Source: Eledone cirrhosa
Lineage: Eukaryota
Assembly (NCBI GenBank): GCA_964016885.1
Contig: OZ024756.1
Span: forward strand, 17,918,001-17,982,000
Length of the DNA: 64,000 nt
Direction of reading: 5' to 3'
A program made the position numbers and the translations under genes. How positions within the stretch are numbered: the first letter of the stretch is position 1; each line of letters starts with the position of its first letter. Below are positions 1-14,400 of this stretch, in pieces. The notes below the pieces were generated by a model that was given only the letters and a program-made list of their open reading frames with translations, had not been told where the DNA came from and did no database searches.

Positions 1-1700
1 AAACTATGTATAAATAAATATATATTTTTTATTTTACTATATTAATATATATGTATCATTTAATATTTAATATACTATTATATCATCTCTACCCCCCCCC
101 CCACCCTGGACCTTATACTACAACCTCCACCCCCATCAGTACCACAACTCCCACCACCACCACCTCCCCTACCGTCACTACCACCACCACCTCCTCCACC
201 GTCACTACCACAACCCCCACCACTACCACCACCTCCTCCACCACCACCCGTTTGCTCTTCGGGTGGGTAAAATAAAGTTATGATTAAGAGAGACGATCAC
301 CACAGCAATACATACACACACGTGTGTACATATTAACAATAACACACACGAGTGTACACATATATAATTACACAATCGCTGACACACACATAGAATTACA
401 CACACAACCACTGAAACACGTGTACACATAGAAAATAACACACAACCACTGACATAGACACACATGTGTACGCGTAGACAATGACACATAAAACTTTATT
501 ATTCTATGTACTATACATGCACCTTTGATGAGTTGTAGTGCACCTGAGCACTGTACACAATAATTTCATTATTATTATTATAAAACCACTGACATCCACA
601 CACAAGTGTACACAGAAAATATACACAACCTCTGACACACATACATAAGTGAACATACAGGCAATAGCGTATATAACCCTTGACATACACGCTCGCACAC
701 ACACGCATGTGTACACATTAACAATAATATACACAAACACAAACATACATATAGAACCAACAAACACATGTGTACATATAGACAACCACTAAAACATATA
801 CATCTCTCTCACCTACCAGTCATACACGCACATCTATATGTAAATAAAATGCACTTTGATTCCATACATACATATATTTATAGACACATGCACACAATAT
901 ATATATATATTTATAGAGACACGATCACACATATATATTTATAGACACATGCACACAATATATATATATATTTATAGAGACACGATCACACATATATATT
1001 TATAGAGACATATGCACACAATATATATATATATATATATATTTATAGAGACACACGCACACACTATATATATATTTATTGAGAGACACACGCATACATA
1101 TAGTTGGAGACTTACAGAGAGAAAGACACACACAATACATATAGTTAGAGAGACACACACGCTATACATATAATTAGAGAGAGGGACACATACATAAAGT
1201 TAGAGAGAGACACACATAATACATATAGTTAGAGAGAGACACACACACACACACAATACATATAGTTAGAGAGAGACACACACACATAGTTAGAGTGACA
1301 CACACACATACACCGTCATAGTTTCAACATGGCGACTAAGCAAGGAGCACTGAACTAGCAGCAAGTGGTTGGAATTGTAAAAAAAATATATAAAAACTTT
1401 ACACCAACTTTTCCCACCTTCACCACCGTCCATCAAACCTTTTAATTCTGTTTTTCTCATTATTATCTTAACTTTTACATTATAATTCTGTCTCTTCGTC
1501 CTCTCGTTATCCTAATTAACGATCAACACCAATAAGAGTAACCACAAAAATTAGTCCCAACAACCACTTTTTTAACGCACACTTATCTCTCGGATATATA
1601 TTTTATAATCGTTGTATATCTTCCTGTTTACTTTTTCCACTCAACCTCTTATCTCGCTGGTTCAACAAACATTTATTAAGACGGATTAATCAAAACGAAA

Positions 1701-1749
1701 ATGAACTTTCCAACGGATATTTACCTATTTCTAACGATCTTGCTGACAA
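1701..1749 (+). CDS. Copy 1 exon 1, signal peptide [16 protein letters not shown]
   Basis: AAAATG start, hydrophobic core, phase-1 donor A|GTAAGT. Identical in copy 2. Confidence 0.8.
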
Positions 1750-4700
1750 GTAAGTATCTTTTTAAATTAACAACATAATTGTTCTCTCTCTCTCCCTTTT
1801 CCAATTTAAAATGTATTTCTCTCTCGTCCTATGCATCTACTTATCTGTTTATTTATCTCTCCGTCTATATATCATCTATCTTTCTAGCTATATATGTGTA
1901 TACGTGTGTCAACAAAGGTTAGAGACGAAAGTGCATATATAGCTTTCTCTTTATAACTATGTGCATATATATATATATATATATATAATTATATAGAGAG
2001 AGAGAAAGAGAGAAAAAGAAAGAAGTATATTATATATATATATTTACACGGACACATGCCTATGTGTGTCTCATCAACCACTCACTCATACACCACACCT
2101 TCAAACACACACAGAGAGACATTACTATTTTGCTGTCATGTTATCTCTCTCTACTTCCGACCCATAAAATTAGGACATGATTAGCAACCTGTTGATAATT
2201 TAAGATAATTTTTTTTTTTTTTATGTTAAAAAAATAAGTAAGTTTCGTAATTTCACGAAAGAAAAGAAACTTTTTAAAATACACAGATTGCTTTAAATGA
2301 AAAAAGAAATCTAAATATGTTTAATATAGTTTAAATTTTCTTTTGGTAACTGATTAATCTACTAAAACATTTTTGTTTCGGTTATTCATGATCATGGTAA
2401 CATGCCTCTGTCTCCACTCTTAACTGGGGGAAGTTATACCCCAAATTTAGGGGTTACACGCCCTTTTTTTAAAAAACTTTTTCATAGTCTCTTACCTCTC
2501 CTTTTCCTATGAGTTGTGACTGACAGATAGTATCAGTAATGGAAACACCAATGGTATCATAGTTTCCATGGTTCGATCTGATGATCTGATCCTTTTTTCC
2601 TACCAGAAATTGCGACTAACACATGGTCGCAGCAATGGAAAGACCAATCGAATCATAGTTTCTATGGTTTGGTCTGACTATCTGCTCCTTCTGCCATAAT
2701 TTGTGATTAACAGATGTCAGCAATGGCCAAACCAGTAGAATCATAATTTTATGATCTGACGATCGGCCCCTTCTGCCATGAGTTGCGACTGACAGATAAT
2801 ATTAGCAATGGACACATTGTTTCCATTGTCTGATCTGACCATCTTCGCCCTGTCTTCTGCCAGGAGATGTACCTGGCAGATAGTATCAGTAATGGAAAGA
2901 CCAATGGAATCATAGTTTCCATGATTTGCTCCTTTCTTATGCCAGGAGATGTGCCTAACAGATAGTATCAGTAATGGAAAGACCAATGGAATCATGTTAC
3001 CATGATCATGAATAACCGAAACAAAAATGTTTTAGTAGATTAATCAGTTACCAAAAGAAATTATAGTCTGATGATCTGCTCCTTTCTTCTGCTAGGAGAT
3101 GTGATTAACAGATGGTATCAGCAATGGAAAGACCAACGGAATCATAGTTTGTATGATTTCCTCTGACGATCTGCTCGTTTTTCTTCCCACCTCTCTTTTT
3201 CAATAACTGACACACCCATATCTTTATTTAGAGGAGGGGGGGGGGGGGGGTTAATCAACTAAGTGTCTTAATCCTCCTGGGAAAGGCATGCATGTCAGAG
3301 CTTCCCATACAGTTACTCCATATAATGCAAAGATAATCCAAAGAAAGCTTCGTATGTTCTGATGTCTCTTTTCAACCCATTCCGTAATGTTGATCGAGAA
3401 GACTTACGATCAGGCCAAACCGAAACCAAGTAGCTGGTGTGCCTGTTTGCCTCAAATTATAGTTCTTTTATTCGGTTTTGTTGATATTTGTAACCCAAAC
3501 ATAAACCATCTGTATTACTAAAATATTCATAGGCAATTTAAAATGGAGGATTTCATTTTATATCTGGCTTGGGCCTCTTACATACTTTGGGGCCAAATTT
3601 GTTTACATTTAGCCTCGGTCTACTTCCTGTTTTAGGGACCAAATTTATTACACCTGGCCTTTACCTTCTTTAGGGACCAAATTTGTTACACCTGTTGTTT
3701 GTGACGTAAAATTCGCCAGTTGCAGATAGCGCATCAACATGAGCTAGTTTTCTCCACAAAGTTCGATCACAAATAGCAGAGTTTAAAAAGCAAAGATCAA
3801 GTCCAGTCCATAAGTTTTAACTGCCGGCCTCTGCTTCTCTTACCAGCCAACCTTCCTTCCAAGGATAACCTACTCACACCACGAGTAGATCTTTTTATAT
3901 GACCGTATAGTTTGAGTACTCTTGACTTAACAATTGATGTAATTGGTCTGAGCCTGGTCATGTTGAGCAGCTCGCTAATACAGATACGGTCGCTGAGCCG
4001 CTTGCCAATCATAAGTCTCAAGATGTGGTTCTAGAATGTAGAGAGCTTCTGGAGTGACCTTGTCGTCCAATTAACTCAGTCAAGACCATATAACACAACT
4101 GGTAGGATGTAAGTATCGAAGATCTTAGCCTTCAAATGATAGGAAACTCTTTTTGATGTTAATACTTCCTTGTTCTTGTTGAAAGCTGCCCAACCTAGAA
4201 CGATGCGGTACTGCGCTGCAAATTTTCCATTGTTGTTTGATGATAGTTTGTGACCGAGATATACAAACTCCGTAACTTGAGTAATTTGCTGGTTGGAGAT
4301 TATGAGTTGAAGATTGGCATTGTTTTTATCAGTTGTCATACACTTTATTTTGGAGATGTTAATGCGCAAGCCAGCCTCCTTCGAATGTTTGGCCAATACA
4401 TTCAGAAAGGTAATAGTTACATAAAGAAGATAATAGTTACAGGCCAGGTGTAACAATCAGAAGAAGAAAGACAATCACCTGGCCTGTAACTACTACCTTC
4501 TTTAGGGACCAAATTATACCTGGTCTGTAACTACTACATTCTTTAGGGACCAAATTTGTAACACCTGGCCTGTATTTACCTTATTTAGGGACCAAATTTC
4601 TTATACCTGGCCTGTACTTATTACCTTCGTTAGGGACCAAATTTCTTATACCTGGCCTGTACTTATTACTTCTTTAGGGACCAAATATGTTACACCTATC

Positions 4701-6418
4701 TGTATCTATTACCTTCTCTAGGGACCTAATTTGTTACACCTTTACTGTACCTACTACCTTCTTTAGGAACCAAATTTGTTACACCTTTACTGTATCTATT
4801 ACCTTCTTTAGGGACCAAATTGCTATACCTGATCTTATCTATTACCTTCTTTAGGTACCAAATTTGTTACACCTGGCCTATATCTATTACCTTCTTTAGG
4901 GACCAAATTTGTTACACCTGGCCTATATCTATTACCTTCTCTAGGGGCCTAATTTGTTTCACCTGGCCTAATCTGAGTGAGTGTTGAGTTTTGTTGTTGT
5001 TTGTACATCTGCTCTGGGTCTTTTTGGGAGTGAGGGATTACGTATATAAAACACCTTTTCAATGTGTGTTGCATTGGTATGGATATGTGATGCGTATGAA
5101 GGATGACAGCTGCATAAAAAGGTGCACAGCACTAAAAGTCGATGACAGCTGCATAAAAAGGTGCACAGCACTAAAAGTCGATGGTAGCCTTGGAGTGGGG
5201 AGACCCAAGAAGACCTGGGACGAGGTGATAATAGCTGACCTTGCCCAATTGCACCTCTCAAAGTTGATGACACATGACCGAGACCTCTGGCGTTACGCAA
5301 TAATACAGATCCCCGACTTCCCATGGGTCCAAGCCGAAGCTGAAGCATATAGACAATATGCTCCCACCCCCTCCCACTGCAAAGTGGTCGTGGAGGTGTC
5401 ACGACAAAAAAAAGCACCCAGTTCACTCTGTAAAGTGGTCGTGGAGGTGCTGCGGTAAAAAGCACCCAGTACTCACTGTAAAATGAGGTTGGTGTTAGGA
5501 AGGGCATCCAGCTGTAGAAATCAAGCCAAAACCCATTCCTCTATGAGTAAGACATGGTACCCCGACCTGGCATTACCCACAACAGGACAACCCACCTAAC
5601 CCATGCTAGCATGGAAGAATGGACGATATTGATGATGATGATATATATATATATATATATATACACTAGCAGTGTATCCTGGCGTTGCACGGGTAAGAAC
5701 ATTGGCAATAGCACCTCCAATGAGAAATGTTTATTTGTGAGTGCCTGTTAAAAACTCACAAAAATATATCGAGAGGAAACTTGTTTTATTTGGAGAAAAT
5801 TAAGAAGTTGAAAGTACAGTTTAACTGTCTACGTGCATTGTTCATAGAAATATTGTTGAGCCCCTTCTTTTCATACTCCTCTGTTTTGGTCTTTTGGAGT
5901 AAATGTGAAAGAGAAAGTCAGAGGTTAAGTTGGCAGAAGGTTCCAGTGTCATAGCAGTAATGCGTAGGCTACTTACCTCAAAAGTTCATTCGCACTCTTT
6001 CCACTAAGTTACACTTTCTCTCTATCCCTCTTGGTAGTCCCTTGCAAATTTCTCGCATAGGCCTGGTGTAGATTTGCACCCGATGCACATGTCCTCTTTG
6101 TACGGCTTTTGGAAGAAGGAGTGACCAGCAGTACGTTGTTCGGTATTATTACGAAAAGCCGAGGTTAACTTTACCTTTCATCCTTACGGGGTCGATAAAA
6201 TAAAGTACCTGTAATACACTGGATTAATTGTTGGCCTTGTGCCAAAAAGTAGAAACAATTATTACGAAAAGGTGTAGCAGAGAATCCCGCGTGAACTAAC
6301 AGCTCAGGAGGAAACTGCTTACCTCGAAGATTCATTCGCCATCGTTCTTGCCAACGCTCCATTTACTTGGTATTTGTTGGTCTACAGGTCGACGTGTTAA
6401 AGCGACCTACAATGTATT

Positions 6419-6478
<60 letters not shown>

Positions 6479-9400
6479 GGTGACTGGGGAGATGGATGAG
6501 TAATAGTCGTTAATATCAAACTGTATGAAATTGGATGTTTCCTTATTGTCTATTCTGTTAAACCAATCGATTGCTTCGCTAGTGTTACCCCATAGTTTAA
6601 TTTCTAGTTTGTCTTTGATCTGCGCTATTACTCTATCTAGTATATACTTGCTAATTCTACCTATATCTGATTTCAATGGGGATATTAGTCTAATTAGAGG
6701 GTCTGTTTTGAAATTATTTTTTGTGATCTTTTAGATGTTAAGTCCTTCATTGTTAATGTCAGTGAGTGTAGCTTCGGTAGTTTTCCTGTACTTCTTGTGT
6801 AGTTCACGGCGTATTAAATTCTTGTATGTGTCAAGGTTCATGGTGTACACATTCCATGTTTTGTATGCTTTTACTATAATTCCGTTAGTGTTGTGTAGTT
6901 TTTTCAACAGTGCATTGATGTCATTTTGCAGTTTGTTGTAACCTGTACGTTTTTTAACTTAGTTCCGCTTATCATGTTCATGAAGTCGAATTCGAAGGCA
7001 TCAAGTTGGGGGTTACTTGGTGGGTTTTTGCATGATTTGAATCCATATTTTTCTCTAGTAAATTCCTCAGTATTATTTGTGTGTCCTTTATCGTATGGTA
7101 GGCTGTCCATCGGATTCGACGGATGAAGTCATTAGTGCGCTGTATCATGCCGAGTGTATAATCCCTGTTTGTAGGTATAGGTATGTTTTTTAAGGACATG
7201 CCTAGGTGGTGCTTTCCATGTTGTTTGACTCAACAAGAAGTTTCCTTAGTCGGGTGGCCAGTCTAAGAAAGTTCCAGGCAGGTGGTTCTTGGAGTAATAA
7301 TAGTAAAAGAATGAAGAATAACATGGTCGGCTGTACAAAAGGATTTATTTACAGTATTAACAATTGTTTCTTTAATCAGGTGAGTCTAAAAGCCGCTGAT
7401 CGTTTGAAGTTACGTCACTCAACCTTAATTACAACCTTAAAATAATAATGACAGTAACAATAATAATTGTTTCTACTTTTGGCACAAGGCCAGCAAATAC
7501 CCAGTACATTACTGGTACTTTATTTTATCAACCCCGTAAGGATGAAAGGCAAAGTTAACCTTGGTGGGATTTGAACTCAGAATGGAAAGGGCCGTAACTC
7601 TATGCGTCAAAGCATGGCGTCCGACCCTCTCACGATACTGCCAATCCACCGCCATAACAATAATAACAACATTATCATTGTTATAACAGCAAAATGGCAT
7701 CAATGATGGTGTTGATTAAAATGTTTACCTCGAAGGATAGAAATCAGCGGCTAGAAGTGAGTTGGCTCGAAGAAGTGATAGAAAGAAAGAAGAAATGAAT
7801 AAAATGGACCAAGATGAGATCACAAGCATTTAAATACATTTATCAGCTTTCAGACCGCCTGTGGTTTCAACAATTAACTAGAAGTACTGTGTAAGATAGT
7901 CGGCTCATAACAACAGAGAGATAAATATTTCTGTTGGAATAATGTTTGTGTTAGGAGCAAATAGATTAGAGAGAGGAAAATAAAGTGCGTCCACACGGCA
8001 TCAGGTCATCGTAAGAAAGGAAGAACAATGGCTCATCACTTCTGCTTAAAGAGCCATTGATTCTTCCAACAGAGGTTGAGAACTGATCCCTGGCAGACAC
8101 CTACCTACATGCCGAATCTTTCATTTCACTCATTATTAACTGTCACCTTGTTGCTGCTACCTTTATACATGGCATGTACAGCTCTTACCTGCCATTCATG
8201 ATAGTAACCACTGCAATACAGTGTGATGCTCTGCTAAAGGCCATCTCTGAATTGATAAAAGCCTGGTATAATAATTGGCTCTTAACTAAGAACTTCTATT
8301 CCCCTAAGTAGAGGGCATCGGTGGTACCTCATCCTGTTACAAACCTAAACTGATAATCTAAGCTCATTCTATTCTTAATCATTTGTGCCATAACATTTTC
8401 TGCTATTTTCATAACCTGTTTGATCAATTTTGATGTTTTTGTTGTTCCTCTCTCTCTCTCTCTCTCTCTCTCTCCACCTCCCCATTACCATGGTAGTAGT
8501 TAATGGTGACACTGTTATACACCTTATGAGTATGATACCATCCTGAACTGCCTGGTAGACAATGTGACTTTTGCATGTTATACTTTTCAGTACTTAGCAG
8601 TTTTGGTATTTTACAAAATAAACATGACACCAACACTACCACTTTACAGAGTGTACTGGGTGTATTTTATCATGGCACCAACACTACCACTTTACAGAGT
8701 GTTCTGGGTGTATTTTATGATGACACTAACACTACCACTTCACAGAGTGTACTGGGTGTATTTTATGATGACACCAACACTACCACTTCACAGAGTGTAC
8801 TGAATGTATTTTATCATGGCACCAGCACTACAGAGTGTACTGGGTGTATTCTTACATGGCACTACCATTAAAAATTTCTAATATAATTTTATATAAGAAC
8901 CTTACATTAAGTTACTATTTTAGTAATCAAAAAATTAATAATTTTAGTAAGTCCCTCAAAATTCTTCATTAATTAATTAAAATAGAATGTATTTCATTAG
9001 AAATGCAGTTATAAAAAGGTTAAGGAGGAAAATAGCTTAGATGTGATGTAATTCAGTTTTATGTCAGGGCAGATTGTAACTGATGATCTTTCCCTTAGGA
9101 AACAACTACAGAAGTTCTTAGTGAAGAAAGAGCCACCATTGTGTGGCATTTACTGACCTGAAGAAGGTCTTTGACAGGGTTCTATGCTCAGAAGAGACAA
9201 TGAAGGAATGCAACAAATGGCAGGGTACTGTAGTGGAGAAGACCTACCCAATCAATACAAGTATGGAAAACTCACTGAACCCATACAAGTATGGAAAACT
9301 CACCGAACCCATACAAGTATGGAAAACTCACCGAACCCACACAAGTATGGAAAACTCACCGAACCCACACAAGTATGGAAAACTCACTGAACCCACACAA

Positions 9401-11290
9401 GTATGGAAAACTCACTGAACCCACACAAGTATGGAAAACTCACTGAACCCACACAAGTATGGAAAACTCACTGAACCCACACAAGTATGGAAAACTCACT
9501 GAACCCATATAAGTATGGAAAACTCACTGAACCCACACAAGTATGGAAAACTCACTGAACCCATATAAGTATGGAAAACTCACTGAACCCACACAAGTAT
9601 GGAAAACTCACTGAACCCACACAAGTATGGAAAACTCACTGAACCCACACAAGTATGGAAAACTCACTGAACCCACACAAGTATGGAAAACTCACCGAAC
9701 CCATACAAGTATGGAAAACTCACTGAACCCACACAAGTATGGAAAACTCACTGAACCCACACAAGTATGGAAAACTCACTGAACCCACACAAGTATGGAA
9801 AACTCACTGAACCCACACAAGTATGGAAAACTCACTGAACCCACACAAGTATGGAAAACTCACTGAACCCACACAAGTATGGAAAACTCACTGAACCCAC
9901 ACAAGTATGGAAAACTCACTGAATCCATACAAGTATGGAAAACTCACTGAACCTATACAAGTATGGAAAACTCACTGAACCCACACAAGTATGGAAAACT
10001 CACTGAACCCACACAAGTATGGAAAACTCACTGAACCCACACAAGTATGGAAAACTCACTGAACCCACACAAGTATGGAAAACTCACTGAACCCACACAA
10101 GTATGGAAAACTCACTGAAACCACACAAGTATGGAAAACTCACTGAACCCATATAAGTATGGAAAACCCACCCAGCCAATGCAAGAATGAAAACCCACCG
10201 AACCAATGCAAGTACAGAAACCCACTTAACCCATGCAAGTATGGAAAAAATGGACTTTAATATAACTATGATAATCATGAAACACAAATGATTTAATTAA
10301 ATAAATATTGTGGGTGGGAGGGTGCTTGTCTGCATGATTAAAAATATGACTGTCAGAATACAACCCAAACAGGTTGAGATGAGTGCTGGGCTATCAGTGC
10401 CTGGGGAGTTCATGTTTGTTTCTTAGCTGGTCTTGTCTCCTTATATTTACAATCCAGCTGTTTTAAGTGACAAATTAAACGCAGCCACTATGTTTTTAGC
10501 ATTGTTATTAAAGTAACACAAGGCAGAGAGTATTTTTTTCTTTTTTGTGGGGGGAGGGTGAAAACTCTACACCCTTGGCTGAAGGGTGTCTTGCCCTCCA
10601 TATAAGTGTGTGTGTATATGTATCTATATATAATATGTGTGTATATATATCTATGTGTTTGTGTATATATATATATCATCATCACCGTTTTACGTCCGTT
10701 CTTCCACACTAGCATGGGTTAGACGGGTTATCCTGTTGTGGGCAGCGTCCAGTCGCCTGACCATGCCTTGCTCATACGGGAACTAATTTTGGCTTGATTT
10801 CTACAGCTGGATGCCCTTCCTAACACCAACCTCATTTACAGTGAGTGCTGGGTGCTTTTTTTCCGTGGCCCCTACACGTCCACTTTACAGTGTGGGCTGG
10901 GTGCTTTTTTTGCCGTGGCACCTCCACAGCCAGTGGAATGATAGGGACCCCAGTCCTATCATCTCATTTCTACAGCTGAATAAACTGGAGCAAATAAAGT
11001 GTCTTGCTCAAGGAAACAACATATCACCTGGTCTGAGAATTGAACTCACAACTTTTGATTGCAAGCCCAATGCTCTAACCACTAAGCCATGCACCTTCAG
11101 AAATATTTCTGAAGACGGCGGGTAGGGAAGACGTATGTATACTTTCTTACTTTGATAATTTGTAATATATTTTACATAGATCACTATTAGAATGAACATA
11201 CAGAGAACTACCCCCCAGAAACAATTGTAAAATAACGAGTTTACTATGAATTACCCGTATTTTGTTTAATTTCATTGTTTTCACTATTTG

Positions 11291-11377
<87 letters not shown>

Positions 11378-11417
11378 AAGGTAGAGAGATGTGTGTACAT
11401 ATTTATGTATATGTGTG

Positions 11418-11449
<32 letters not shown>

Positions 11450-14400
11450 CCCATCCATCCATGTAACTGCCAATCTATATACATGATTATTTGTAAAAAA
11501 AGAAAAACCCCGCTCCCTGTCACATTTCTAGTGCGCCCTTGTATAAAGAAATTTATCTATTTCATCTGTATGAATTTATTCATCTATCTATCTATCTATT
11601 GGTTTATCTTTCTGTCTCATCCATCTATCTACCTATTGGTTTATCTTTCTGTCTCATCTATCTATCTATCTATTTGCCTGTCTATTTATTTATCTATCTA
11701 TCTATCACAGTCCTCTGGCAAGCGGGCGCAGCAATCAGTGGAGACTCCACTTCGACATTCTATAGAGGGATTGTATGTTACAAGGGCGACGGCGTGCTCG
11801 GAGAGACTCTGGGCGTCGAAGATGATGAGCTCACCAGTCTGTTTGGTAGGACTTTCCGCCCGGGACCTATGGACAACTTCCAGGAGCTCTACCGGTTTGT
11901 GACAAGATCTACAGGCACAGACGCCCCGGCAGGGATCCTTCCAAGAGGACGTGTCCAAGATGTGCGCAGGACATTGAAACAGTCCTGCACGCAATTGTAC
12001 ACTGCCCGGGTGTAACAGACCTGTGGAACTATGCAGAACAACTGCTGTCGCGTATGGGACAAATCCAGTTGACTCCCGAGTCCATAGTAAGGATCAAACC
12101 GCCAGCCTCTTTCAAAAACGAAAGAGAGGCGGTTTTCCTCTGTACGGTGGCTATGGTGAAAGAAGTTATATGGTGGACGAGGTTGAGAGGACTGAGGACA
12201 GATGCCTTTCTCTCCGGACAACAATTGATTCCCTTCTTTAAGTATCACTTTAGAAGGAGAATCAGAGTTGAGAGAGAGGCACTGCACCCCAGTAAATTTA
12301 CTGAATGGTGGGTGAATGAAGCGAAAATGGCCCGAGTGATTGGGCCTTCTCTGTTTATAAGCCTGTAGGTTGAAGAGGAGAGCAAAAGGAAGAAAGGAGC
12401 ACTTGCACAACAAACTTATGGTGGACGAGGTTAAAAGGACTGAGGGCAAACTCCTTTCTCTCCGGATGACTTATCCCCTTCTTTAAGTACCACTTCAGAA
12501 GGAAGATGAGAGTGGAGAGAGAGGTGCTACACCCCAGTAGATTCGCTGAAAGGTGGGGTGAATGTGGCGAAAATGCCCCAAGTGAATGGGTCTTCTCTAT
12601 ATATAAACCTGTAGGTTGTGGAAGACAAACAGGGAAGACGGGAACACCTACAAAACGTGTTTCTGGTGTTGAGGGTTGTTTTATCCACGGGGTGTAAAAC
12701 AACCCCGCAGTAACGTTCCCCCTTATTGGGGATTTCAATTGTTATTTTATTTTTATAGTTTATTGTTATTTATTAATGTTAAAGTTATATGAATTTTATG
12801 TAAAACCCCTGCCGTCACGTCTTGTAATGTCCCATTTTTGTACGCCCCTGTGGCAAATAAAGAAAGATATCTATTTATCTGTCTATCCATCTATCTATCT
12901 ATCTGTCTTTCCCTCTATCTTATTTATCTCCCCATCTATCCCTCTATTTATCTATCTGTTTATTTACCTGTCTATATATTTATCCATCTATCTATCTATT
13001 CCAGAAATGCCAACTGGGCAAAACGCTGCGACTTTCTCCATTTCCACTTCAGCCAAATTTGGTGATTCTGCCAAGTTTTTTTGCAATGCCTCTACTAGTA
13101 GCGAGCAGATAATAGCTTCCTTCCGACAGGATAAAATAGTTAAAGCTATAGCTACTGTGCGGGCTCCAGGAGTTACCGTTGGAGAAACTAGTCCAAACAC
13201 CACTGTGGCAGGTTCAGGAACAAACTTATACTATTCATACACCATTCATTCCTTGTCCTGCTCTAATCGAGGGAACTACTGGTGTGGAGTATCAACTGTC
13301 TCAGATGGAAATCCAAAAAGTAACATCCTCAAACTCAATGTACTTGGTAAATAATTTAACTTTACCTATCTATTTGTCTGTTTATCAGTCTCCCTATCTC
13401 TCTCTCTATCTATACATTGGTCTTTCTTTCTCTTTCTCTATCTATCCATCTGACTATATTTCTGTCTGTCTGTCTATCCATCCATCTATTTATCTCTCTG
13501 TCCATCTGTCTGTCTATCCATCTGTCTGTCAGTCTATCTATCTCTATTTATCTATGGACATCTTCCAGAGGTCCCTGGCCTGGCAGTGTTACTGAGGAGC
13601 TCTACCAGTTCATGACAAGATCTACAGGCATGGACGCCCTGGCAGAGATCCTTCCAAGAGGACATGTCCAAGATGCGGGCAGGACATTGAAACTGTCCTG
13701 CACACAATTGTACACTGCCCGGGCATAACCGACCTGTGGAACTATGCAGAACAACTGCTGTCGCGTATGGGACAAATCCAGTTGACTGCTGAGTCCATAG
13801 TAAGGATCAAACCGCCAACCTCTTTAAAAAATGAATGAGAGGCAGTTTTCCTCTGTATAGTGGCTATGGTGAAAGAGGTTATATGGTGGACGAGATTGAG
13901 AGGACTGAGGACAGATGCCTTTCTCTCTGGACAACAACTCATTCCCTTCTTTAGGTACCACTTTAGAAAGAGAATCAGAGTGGAGAGAGAGGCACTACAC
14001 CCCAGTAAATTTACTGAAAGGTGGGTGAATGTAGTAAAAATAGCCCGAGTGATTGGGCCTTCTCTGTATATAAACCTGTAGGTTGAAGAAGAAAGCAAAA
14101 GGAGGAAAGGAGCACTTGCACAACACGCTCCTGAAGTTGAGGGTTGTTCTATCGACGGGGTATTAAACAGCCCATTTGTGGCGCCTCCCCCCTATTGGGG
14201 ATTTTGATTGTTAAATTTGTGTTTCAATATTTTTACATGATTGTATGTAAAATCCCCGGCATGTGTCCTTGTTCTGTCCCCTTTTCTTGTGCGCCCTTGT
14301 GGCTAATAAAGAAATATATCTATCTCTATTTATCTGTCCATCAGTCTATCAGTCCATCTGTCTCTCCCTCCCTGTTTGTCTCTATCCATCTGTCTCTCTG

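Noticed and set aside
51-1300. Thr-rich and VC-rich ORFs at the window start
   Set aside because: Low-complexity (CAC)n and (CA/TA)n sequence with no splice or domain support.
9255-10168. 28-bp repeat array resembling CRISPR
   Set aside because: The units are contiguous with no unique spacers, there are no cas genes and the context is eukaryotic. It is a minisatellite.
12776-13004. Hydrophobic N-terminal extension of the ORF containing the V exon (also 61524-61728)
   Set aside because: It is LINE 3' UTR plus TCTA repeat upstream of a good acceptor. The 1701-1749 exon is the better signal-peptide source.
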